Assembly (NCBI GenBank): GCA_027923505.1 | Contig: BROI01000014.1 | Span: 806,001 to 870,000, forward strand | Direction of reading: 5' to 3' | Source: Mayamaea pseudoterrestris | Taxonomy: Eukaryota | DNA length: 64,000 bases | Program-made: the position numbers and the translations under genes | The notes under the pieces: model-generated | The model's input: only the letters and a program-made list of their open reading frames with translations | Told to the model about the DNA's origin: nothing | Database searches by the model: none | Shown: positions 38,944-48,841 of the stretch, one piece after another | Layout of the letters: every line of letters starts with the position of its first letter | Numbering within the stretch: position 1 is the stretch's first letter

Positions 38944-41418
38944 TTATACTCCTCCTCTCTTTTCGAGATGCACAAGGTCAAGAACCTGACGCAAGTTTCC
39001 GCTAGCCACGAGCCATTCTCTAAAGCCTCGATTCATCTCCTCCTCCATCCTCTCCTGCTGATCTTCAGGTAATGTTTTTATCGCTTGCTGGATATTACGA
39101 ACACGCTCTGCCTTTGTCAAGACACGCCGCTCGTAATCAACAGGCAGTCGGAATGGCGAGAACTGGAGAACATCCGCGAGGCTCTGGCAATACAAACTTT
39201 CTGGTTCTACGCCGGCGTCATGCGGAGCATCGTTCTCTTCTTGTTCGACACGCCTTTGCCGAGCAGCATCACTTTCAATCGGAACAAAGAGAATGTGGAA
39301 ATCTGACGCTGGAAGAAGAACTGGCGAGTGCATGGTCGCATCGTTGCCTGCCTGCTTGTTGGTAAGCTTATCGTCGGCTCCCGCCTGCGAAACAGTTGAC
39401 GGGTTGGGCGGAGGCGTGCCTACACTTGGCACCTGCGGAACTTCAAGTTTAGACAATTCAATCGGCTGTTTCCACTTGTTGCTAGCACAAGTGAGCGGGG
39501 GCAAACCTGACTCGGCTTCACCTGTTCGAGAACTATGGTAAGGCGACTGACTCTCAGGAACATGTGTTGCGGCAAGACCAGCCGCCAACAGATCCTCGCG
39601 AAAGCCATCGTAGTAGGTGTTATGCGGTGCGAATTGACAGCTGCGATTGTCGCCTACCATAAGAGGCGGAGTTGGCGAGAAGCAAAATATCTGTACATTG
39701 CACGAGTTGCTCATCAAAATGCGCCTTCCTGCAACGGTGACTTGCGTGTTTTCACAATCCACAACATGTATGAGCCCAGCCACAGCACCAACAACAATGG
39801 TGCATCCAGTGCAGCATGAAATGGTAGCATGCTCGAATGGCTGTAGCAGATAAAAGTGGGCGTCTGAGCAGTCAGAAATGGCCACATCATGAAGCCGTCC
39901 AGGATAACCGTTTTGTGGCGCTGCATCTCCAGAAGCAGACGATGCGCCAGAAGAAAATTCACTGGGGTTTGGTTTAAGTAAAATGGTAGTGCTTCGCAGG
40001 TGCGTGTAGCTCAACTCTTTCAAATACTGGTTGCGCGGCTGCTTTGCTCGTTCCCCAGCCGCATCATCATCATCCTCGGATATCGACGTTTGGTCTCCCA
40101 ATGTCAACTTTGCAAATGCATGAACCGCCGCGTCTTCTCCATCACTGCTGGAAATGCTTTCGCGATCACCTTGATCGACGTCTGACATAAGCAACTCCAG
40201 CTCCAAATGGCGAGTAATCTCTCGTTCAACATCCGCAAGTGGAATCGTCGCCATGGGAGGAGGCTGAGTACCGTACAATTGTTGAAAAATGTACTCTCCA
40301 ATCTTGAGCGGCGGCTCCTCAATGCCTCCACCAGATGGCGGTTGAACAATGAAATGCAAACGTTCCAAATCTTCCATGCTCAAATGCACTCCAACGCCGA
40401 CATTGCCATGCTCTTCCTCATGCTGTCGGCGTAGCTCATCGGCGGAATATCGGTGGCGAAGGCGTCGAAATCGATCCGAAGGCGGAAGCGGTGGTGGCGA
40501 TGGCAAGGCTGCCAAGTGCATCAAGGCTCGAACAGCGTCCGCATTGTGAGACACGGACGACAGAAGCAAAATTTTGCGCAAATGACGGAGGAGGTAAGCC
40601 GTGCAATGTGTATTGTCGTGGTTCCAACCTGCATGCAGTCGCGTGCTTTAAACCGAAATGAGCTGATGAGATACATTTGGGAATGCAACATGTAAATCAT
40701 TCATAAAACATTATGCTTACCGAGGCGACAGTGAAGGATTTCTAAAGAGACTGTTAAAGTCAGTCTTTCCAGTTTCAAGAGCTGACGCATCGAAAATACC
40801 ACCCGAGGCGTAACGGCTCTCATCCTGACCAGACAGGTTACGTTGATAAGCAACTTCTTCGCAATGAAGCAGCAAGAACGTCCCAATCAACCAAACTGGA
40901 AGCTCCTTGGCGGCCGAGGCCGTGGCGAATCGCTTCTTCTCCAAATAGGATCGCTCCTGCGTCGTGCCGCTTCCCATGCTGCTACTCGTAGATCCACACG
41001 ACAAAATAGGTGGAATGTAAGTTCCTTCCTTGAAATCAGCAGCAAACGCTCGGCTTGCCAAATACAATGTTTGGAACATTGACGCCATTTCCCAAAACAA
41101 GCAGGCACTCGGCTCGGCCCATCCCAAGACTCTCCACGCTTCGGTAATCCACAGCGTGTACGGCACGGTAGATTTCCGATGCGACTGCTCCGCCAGAGCG
41201 CTGGCAATTCCCAGACACAGTGAGGGTGTCAATTCGCGCGCATGCTTGGGGCTGAGGACTGCTCCAGCGAAGGGATGCGGCTTGGCGGCCAGTGCCACGC
41301 GCGAATGGTCATCGTCGTGGGACGTCAACTCGAGCGTCGGGAAAACAGTAGAGCTTCCAATGCTTTCCAAATACTCTCCGCTTCCAGTGTTTGCTCTACG
41401 AGATGTTGTGTGTTCCAT
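38944..41418 (-). CDS. TBCCD1: TBCC domain-containing protein 1-like (exons 41418-40721, 40645-38944)
   Basis: TBCC/CARP beta-helix ISDCSDAHFYLLQPFEHATISCCTGCTIVVGAV...FAPHNTYY; C-terminal FREWLVASGNLRQVLDL. The intron joins in frame. Confidence 0.85.
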
Positions 41419-41726
41419 GGTGCCGGCAACAATGCAAGCTGCTATGGATCAGATTTGGAGTTGCGTCGGCTGTTGACGCTGAACCTAAAGTTTGTGTCGC
41501 ACCGTTAACGATAAAATTGTATGTCAAGACCTCATCTCATACTCTTTTGAATCTCCGAGATAGATACTCCATACAAACATATATTTATACTACCTCACTA
41601 ACGCAACTAATGAGTCAACATGCAATGGTCTATAGTTATTCTCTTGCCAGCTACTAACTACCGCCACACGCCATCCTCTGCATCAAATCGTCAACAAACA
41701 TGCAACAACACAATCACCACCTTCCA

Positions 41727-43820
41727 TTACGAACTGCTAGTAGCAGCGTGCGCCTCAAGGACATGCAACGCCTCCTGAATCTTGGCGTTCAATGCTTCGG
41801 GACTCTCGAGCAAGTGGAGAAGCTCCGAGTTGTCCATCTCGAGCAACATGCCGGTAATTTTACCAGCCAGATCAGGCTGCGACTGGTGAATCAACGGGTA
41901 CAAACGCTCGCCAATCATGTTCTTCTGCATCTCTGGCGAAGCAGAGGCAAGAGCAGCAGCCGTAAGGGCGCTATCCGGAGCCATGACGGAAGGCGGTGGA
42001 CCACCCATTTGCTGCTGACCAGGCTGGCCACCCATGGGCCCAGTGTTGCGAGCCTGGGGGTTGAATTTCATGGGCGGCTGGCCGGGCATTCCTCGGCCGC
42101 CACGACCACCTGGTCCACCGGGGCCGCGTCCCATTGGAGCAACGCCACGGCCTCCACGACCCATGAACTGCTGCTGCATACCGGGCTGCTGCTGTTGCAT
42201 GCCCGGGTAACCTCCACGGCCTTGCTGACCCATCATCGGGTAAACGCCGCCACCACGACCACCCTGAGGACCGCCACGGACAGGCATCATCTGCGGCTGC
42301 ATCATTGGATACGCCGGCTGCATGCCTCCAGGGCCAGGCCGCTGCATACCATACATGGGCATGCCGGGGTAGCCCATCGGTCCACCACCCATGGGCGCTC
42401 GCATCATACCCGGCTGTCCCGGTCCACCAGGACCGCCACGTCCAGCATGCTGCGCCTCGAGTTGAGCGCGACGGACCTCGCGACGCTGTGCCAAGGCGAC
42501 AAAAATGGGCTTGTTCTGGATCAACTTGCCGTTCATCTCGTTGACTGCACGAGTGGCTTCTTCCGGACTTGAAAAGCAGACAAACCCAAACCCACGAGAG
42601 CGACCATCCTTGGCGTCCTTCATGACGCGAGCCGACGTAATGGTTCCCATGGTGGCAAACTCGTCGCGAAGAATGTCGTCCGTGACACCATCGTCAAGGT
42701 TCTTGACGTAAAGGTTGATGCCTTGAAACTTGGAGATGCGGTCCATCTTCTCGGCTTCAAACTTGCTACGGAGCTCGCGCTCGCGTTCAGCCTTCTTTTG
42801 TGCACGACCGACATAGAGCGTCTGGGTAATCTCTTCGCCGTTAAGAGTGGTCTTGAGCTCGGTACCGTTCATCGCCTCGACGGCCGAAGCAGCTGACTCG
42901 TGTTCCAGAAAATTGACAAACCCAAAACCGAGAGTCTCCTTGCCACTGCCTTCCTTCTTCTCAGCTTCCTGCTGTTCCGCCTCGTCGGGCTGCTCCTCCT
43001 CGTCAGGATTCTGTTCCTTCTCCTCCCCGTTGGCTTCCTTCTCCTGCTTGGGCGACGGCTTTCTCGTCCCACGAGCGACCGACGCGCTAGCAATCTCTCC
43101 AAATTTGGCAAACTCTTCCTCCAACTTCTTCTCGTCCCACTCGTACGGAATGTTCTTGACGTAGCAATTCGTCCAAGAGTTAATGTCCGGACGATCGTTG
43201 CGGCGCATAAAGGCTCCGACCTGAACCTCCTGACCGTCAATCAACATGCCATCCAACTTTTCAATGGCAGCATTCGCCGCTTCCGCCGTCTCGTAGTGAA
43301 CATATCCATATCCCTTGGACTCACCCGTCCCAGGTTCCGTCACAACCTTGCAGGACAAAATGTTTCCAAAGAGCGAAAACGTATCGTACAACTGCTTGTT
43401 GTCAATGCTTTCGTGCAAGTTCTTGACAAATATGTTTCCAACGCCGCTGCGGCGCAAGGACGGATCGCGCTGACTCCACATGATGCGGCACGGCTTGCCC
43501 TTGATCATGGAAAAGTTCATGGTATCCAAGGCGCGCTCCGCATCGGGCATTTGGTGAAAGTTCACGTACGCGTACCCAAGGGAGCGACGCGTGACAGCGT
43601 CGCGGCAGACGCGAATCGAAGCGACTGGTCCGACGGCAGAGAAAATCTCAAAGAGCAAGGACTCGTTCACTTCGGGGAGCAAGTCTCCCACGTAGAGCGA
43701 AGGGGTGCGGTAGGGATTGACGTCGGGAGCAGCGTTGCCGCCGCCGCCTCCCATGGAAGGAACTTCGTTGACAGGTTCGTTGATTGACTCAACGGGAATG
43801 GGAGCGCTTGGAGCTGCCAT
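41727..43820 (-). CDS. PABP: Cytoplasmic poly(A)-binding protein (4 RRM + MLLE/PABC)
   Basis: Motifs SLYVGDL, RRSLGYAYVNF, NIFVKNL, NLYVKNLDD and QKNMIGERLYPLI...AGKITGMLLE. Confidence 0.97.
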   Translation of the reverse strand: MAAPSAPIPVESINEPVNEVPSMGGGGGNAAPDVNPYRTPSLYVGDLLPEVNESLLFEIFSAVGPVASIRVCRDAVTRRSLGYAYVNFHQMPDAERALDTMNFSMIKGKPCRIMWSQRDPSLRRSGVGNIFVKNLHESIDNKQLYDTFSLFGNILSCKVVTEPGTGESKGYGYVHYETAEAANAAIEKLDGMLIDGQEVQVGAFMRRNDRPDINSWTNCYVKNIPYEWDEKKLEEEFAKFGEIASASVARGTRKPSPKQEKEANGEEKEQNPDEEEQPDEAEQQEAEKKEGSGKETLGFGFVNFLEHESAASAVEAMNGTELKTTLNGEEITQTLYVGRAQKKAERERELRSKFEAEKMDRISKFQGINLYVKNLDDGVTDDILRDEFATMGTITSARVMKDAKDGRSRGFGFVCFSSPEEATRAVNEMNGKLIQNKPIFVALAQRREVRRAQLEAQHAGRGGPGGPGQPGMMRAPMGGGPMGYPGMPMYGMQRPGPGGMQPAYPMMQPQMMPVRGGPQGGRGGGVYPMMGQQGRGGYPGMQQQQPGMQQQFMGRGGRGVAPMGRGPGGPGGRGGRGMPGQPPMKFNPQARNTGPMGGQPGQQQMGGPPPSVMAPDSALTAAALASASPEMQKNMIGERLYPLIHQSQPDLAGKITGMLLEMDNSELLHLLESPEALNAKIQEALHVLEAHAATSSS

Positions 43821-44609
43821 GGTTTCGGTCGTTGGTTTTGCTTGGAAAATGGGAGCTTGATGAAAGACTTTCTGTTATCAATTCTTCGAATGAGAGAATT
43901 GATGAGAGGTGCTGTTCGAAACGGGATGGAAACTGGTCGAGCAAAGGTGCGATGCTGGAAACGGAGTGAAACTAGCGATTCTCTACTTTCTGCGAAGCAA
44001 AATAGCAATGTAGGGCAGAGTGAGGCGGCTGCAGCTGAAGAAAGTCGTCGGTAAAAGGCGTTGTTCTGTCATGGCGACGGCGACGAGCATTATTTTCGTG
44101 GACAGAGCATTCCGATACTTCAAGCATCACTTAAGATTCCCTGTCAACGACGACTGACAGACGCTTCCAGTACAAAGCTCACACATCCAGTAGCGGCGGT
44201 AGCCGGTAAACGGAATTCGTGACTCCCTCATTCATTCACGAATTCAGCGAACCATTCGCGAAGAACGCTCATTTTGACCATGACGCAACCAAACGCACTC
44301 TGAACCAACAATCAACTCACTTTTTTATATTTTTGTAGCTGTCGGATGACAACTCTTTTTACTGGTCCTGATACGTCGGCGTGTCAGGCGCTTTTTTATA
44401 GTTCCAACAGCAGCAATCGATGCGATTGGGTTTTGTGAGCGGCGCGTGTGGACGAGCGCTCCATGCCATCGTCGTAGCGGTTATAAAATGACGTCATCTG
44501 AGGTCACTGGTTCGGCCGTGGCGGATCGGTCGAGTCGTTGATGCGTTCCATCAAGAGCGACCAAGCTCGACCAAGCTTGTTACATAGAAAAGACAAAGCT
44601 GCTAGAACC

Positions 44610-45731
44610 ATGGAGATGCAACAATCAATAGAAAGAGAGACTGAAACTATGGCTCCGCGTGAGTCTTGCAGCGCCAGTGAAACTGTCAGTCAGCATGAAG
44701 AATTGAACCACGACGAGAGCAAACGTTTCTATTCGGAACAAGAAACAACCTGCCTAACACCCATGGCAACGGCTGTAGAGATTTTATCAGACGAAGACGA
44801 CAACGACGTCAAACATTGTAAAGATTTCTTGCCTCCACCGAATCGTCCGGACTTTTGCATGGGCGACCATGTTTACCAGTGGTGCAGGTGGGCTGGCATT
44901 CCCTTTGTCTATGCACATCACGGCATTGTGTTGGACGTGTTTTATAACGAAGCGGAGCGCGATTGGAGTCTACGGATTGTTGATTTTTCCAACTGGACCA
45001 TGGAAGCAGTCTTTGAAGAAAATGATGAATGTGTGTATAATGTGTCGAGTGGTTGTGGATCTGCCATGAAGAGGAAGAAGACGTTGAGGTATTCTGACTC
45101 TGGAACGTGGGCGTCTGGTCCGGGCGGCTGCGTTCGAACCTATGAATCGTCCCACTGCACATGGCGCAGAGTGCACTATGGTATGAAGAATTTTGTCAAG
45201 CAGCACTTGAGTCGATCTGGAACGTGTACATCAGCCGAAAGCAGTCCTGCTGGTCTTGTCCGAGTGCGAGTGCAGTTTCTGCTGGATCATCCTGAATATT
45301 TACCACCATATAGTACCGTCCAGTCGAATTGCGAATGCGTTGCCGTTTGGTGCAAAACGGGAACATGGGCCACCACGCAGGCGGCCTCCTTTCTTAGTGC
45401 ATTTGCCCTGGGGCAAGCCAAGTCTGCCGTGACGCTGGCTAGCGTGGCGGCAACGACGCAAGTGACAGTTCCAGCGGCTGGATTGTGGGGATGGCTCGGG
45501 TACACTACCACGACGACCTTTGCGGCGGCGAACCCATTGGTGTTACCGTTAATTGCCGCGTACGGAGTCGTTACTGTAATGGCTCCGGCACTTTGGTTGT
45601 GGAGAGCAAAGGATCGCTGGGAGAAGGTTACAGTCGAGCTGAACGAAGCCTTTTGGGACAAGTACGCGTTGGAGCAGCCGGAAGCCTTTGCCGAATGTTT
45701 GACAGAATGGAGCATGATGCAAGAAGTTTGA
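44610..45731 (+). CDS. LRAT-like (permuted NlpC/P60, NC domain) acyltransferase/phospholipase-family protein
   Basis: GDHVY...HHGIV and YSTVQSNCECVAVWCKTG give a His-His-Cys triad; hydrophobic C-terminal segment. The start codon is uncertain (44541, 44610 or 44649). Confidence 0.8.
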   Translation: MEMQQSIERETETMAPRESCSASETVSQHEELNHDESKRFYSEQETTCLTPMATAVEILSDEDDNDVKHCKDFLPPPNRPDFCMGDHVYQWCRWAGIPFVYAHHGIVLDVFYNEAERDWSLRIVDFSNWTMEAVFEENDECVYNVSSGCGSAMKRKKTLRYSDSGTWASGPGGCVRTYESSHCTWRRVHYGMKNFVKQHLSRSGTCTSAESSPAGLVRVRVQFLLDHPEYLPPYSTVQSNCECVAVWCKTGTWATTQAASFLSAFALGQAKSAVTLASVAATTQVTVPAAGLWGWLGYTTTTTFAAANPLVLPLIAAYGVVTVMAPALWLWRAKDRWEKVTVELNEAFWDKYALEQPEAFAECLTEWSMMQEV

Positions 45732-46146
45732 AATAGATCTTTCAATTTCTTATGGCAACCAAATGTACGAATATACATAAATTTACATTACAAATTAGTT
45801 ATGACTGAATAAAATCTATCAGGACGCCCATAGAGTAAGGTCCCCTCGTGTCGCTTTTTGTTCCAACACCGGCCTCTAGAATGCAATGAGTGCAGGCCTG
45901 GCGGGACATGCCATGGAGCAACACTGCAACGCGTTTCAATCTTCTCCTCCACGTGGACGTATAAGTCGCAAGAATCTCGCTGTCCGGAGTTTTAACCATG
46001 GCCAGTGATCCAGCTGATTGCTCAGTCGAGCGTATGATTCAGCGTCCCCTTGCCGCTGATGACAATTCAAATGGCGGCGGAGTCTATCTTTTAAGTGTTA
46101 TGCTCGGTCATTATGCAGAATTGCCAATGTACTTCATGGGGCAACA

Positions 46147-47873
46147 TCAATCAAACCACTGAAGCAAAATCGCATCGCGTACAGCAATGTATCCCAAAAT
46201 TTGAAGTGGCTCAAGCCATGCCCGTCCAATTGCCAAATACACGGTTCGCTCCAGCCAACCTGCAAACAAGTTAGCTACGCCACCATCTCCTTCCTTGACA
46301 ATGGTTCGCATCGTAGTTATCAGACCCATCCCTGATCCACCGTCAATTCCATTTGTTGGATCATCGTCGCTATCCACAAGGATCCTCGTTCTTGCAACGT
46401 CAAACGGGGTAGTAAGCACAGCACAAAGAAGAGCTGTTGCGATTGTGGTCAGCTCATAATGTGCAAGATCGACACTGCCGTGAAGTAAATAGCGGTTGAG
46501 AGCTACGCGACTCAACAAATAAGGAAGATCCGTTAACGCGACAGCAGGCAAGCGTTCCAAGCTCTCACGAAACCAAATGCCAACCTGTTTGCGCACCGCT
46601 TCTTCATTTTCCTCTTTCGTTTCATTCTTGTTCCGCTTTTTCTTTCCAGTTGCTACCTGTAGTCGAACAGCTAATGCATCCGCTGGTGTGCTTATGATGA
46701 GGGCCACAACATCTGCAACCAGAGCTGCTGACACTGCAGTTGTGACATCGCCCAAGCCCGGAACCGAATTCAACGATCGTCGAGCAATGTCCCTCACGCC
46801 AAAGTATACGCCAGTTGCAGGAACAGTTACTAATAGTGATGGAATTAAGCCAGCGTATAGCTTTCCCTCGCGAAAGTGTCGAATAGCATTCCACTTGAGT
46901 ATGTTTGCTCGCCGTTTTATATGAAGACGCTTCGTCTTTCCCCATTTCATGCGAGTACGCGTCCCCTTTTTGATGTCGGCTTGTATTCGGTTCTTTAGCG
47001 TTAGCAATGGATACAGCAAACTCGTGCGAGCCATTTCTACCTGTGAAATGGAAATGAGCAATGGTTAATGCGCCACCTTTAATTGTGTAAAAGTAGAACA
47101 AACAGGCGCAGCATAATTTGCAAGGCTAGTCTTACCATTGATCCAGCGACAATTGCAGCGACGAGTAGCTCCGAATCGGATATTTTGCGAATGGTCCTAG
47201 CCGGTGGTACAAGAAACGATGGAACCCAGCCGGGTACTTTGAGCGTCGCCTTCTTTTCAAACGTGTATCGATCTAGTGAGACGTATGTAGTAGTGCACTC
47301 CATCGTTACATTTATGTTAGTCTCTCGAACAACGTCTGTAATGTTGACTCGCTTGAGCTGTTTTTTTGCAGAAGGTAGTGGTTGTGCTACCGGTACTTTT
47401 CGACTGTGAGGTGTCGTCCACAGAGAAGCTATTTTGTTGCTGCCTTGGCCTGGCTGAACGATAGTTGATACGAATGCAGCTGTTATAGCCCCTCCTGTAG
47501 TGAGAGCGCCGAGCTGGAGCCACTTTCGTCTTGACAATTGTTGAGCGCTACTTTGCCGAGTCTGCATTGCTTTTGCTGGGGCTGTCGCATTCAAAGGTAA
47601 GATTGGTTCCAAACTGCTCGCATCGAGAGCTGAGTCCTCTTGATATTGTAGATTGCCGACGTCTATAAAGTCCTGGTCTTCAAACGGTGCAGCATCACCC
47701 AGAGTTGTCAACTCGCCGATGCTGTCCGACACGGTGATGTCCGGATCGGACATGGCACCATAAAGTGGTTTCAATCGTCCTTTTCGAACCCATTGTTGTT
47801 GCAATCCATCTGTAGTTTGTAAATAGGGGATTAGGAGCAATATGAGGACATTCAAGGTAGAAGAGGCGGTCAT
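46147..47873 (-). CDS. Mitochondrial carrier family protein with a signal-peptide-like extension (exons 47873-47136, 47040-46147)
   Basis: Three Px[DE]xx[KR]xR-like signatures (PLLTLKNR, PADALAVR, PFDVARTR), plus LYAG and LFAG; hydrophobic N-terminus. Confidence 0.8.
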
Positions 47874-48112
47874 GATGTGTTGCCATTCTCCATCGTCGCC
47901 CGTCTCATTTTTGATGTTGTGATGATATTCAGTTCCTCTCGAGCGATCGGCAAATCTTCCGATCGAAAACCAAATCCTGTAACGATGCGACAGGACTTAA
48001 CATTGCCCCATCGAGCAGATGGCCGATCTTGTTTAGCGCCATTCTGACATTGGCCGAATCCATCATGCTCTCTTCTTCGGCACAAAAACAGATGATGATG
48101 CTTACCATGACA

Positions 48113-48740
48113 ATGCCTCGTTTCTTGCTCCTGGGAGCCCTCATTGTCTCACTGTCCAATGGATTTGTGACTCGTCGTGCCTCTCCATTTACGCGTCCGC
48201 TTTCGAGCCTCCAAGTTGGTAGCGTTTTAGTGCATCAAGATGAGCTTTCGTCTCGCATTCTGCTCAACAAGGCCCGCGAATGCGCATTCTCCGACTACAC
48301 CAATGGAGTGGAAGCGGGAGAGTACCTGACAAGAATACTTGAGATTGAAAGTGGGTGCGTTAGTGGTCTGCTTGCGGGTAACGAGCTCTGCGAAAACATT
48401 GACGATGTTGCGGAAATTGTCGCCCAATTGCGGCAGAAGGTGCAGCGTCATGCCGTCACGCCAGTGGCAACGACTGCTGCATTCATCCCTGCAAGTCTTG
48501 GTATCACAGCTCTCTTGTTTGTCTTGGCGTCAACTTTTGCCCACGGACAAGATGCAATTTCGTTTACGATTCAAGAATGGGTATGGGCAGCTAAAGGTGG
48601 ATTTGTAAGTTGCTACAAGCGAGCTTGACAGTTAAATGGATGATATGATGCAGCGTATAAACATCGTAACTAATGCCTCTTCCCTCGTTCCATAGCTGCC
48701 CACCATGGTGTCGCATCTGATTCGTAATGGAGGACTCTGA
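48113..48740 (+). CDS. Small putative plastid protein (exons 48113-48604, 48696-48740)
   Basis: Leader MPRFLLLGALIVSLSNG-FVTRRASP; one TM helix; C-terminus FTIQEWVWAAKGGFLPTMVSHLIRNGGL after splicing. Upstream in-frame ATGs are possible. Confidence 0.7.
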
Positions 48741-48841
48741 ATGCTCAACGCGAACTTATCAAATCTTTTTGAAACAAAATTGCACCTAATGCACGGCCAA
48801 TTTCTAAAATAAAATGTATCTAGCTTATATAAATTACCGCC

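Noticed and set aside
41700..43787. Long plus-strand ORFs (290 and 295 aa) antisense to PABP
   Set aside because: Antisense shadows of a strongly codon-biased gene; no domain features.
44188..44203. GCTACCGCCGCTAC (minus strand), a 1.5-repeat pattern reminiscent of a telomerase RNA template
   Set aside because: It would specify a 9-nt repeat unlike TTAGGG-type telomeres, and there is no CCCTAA template in the segment.
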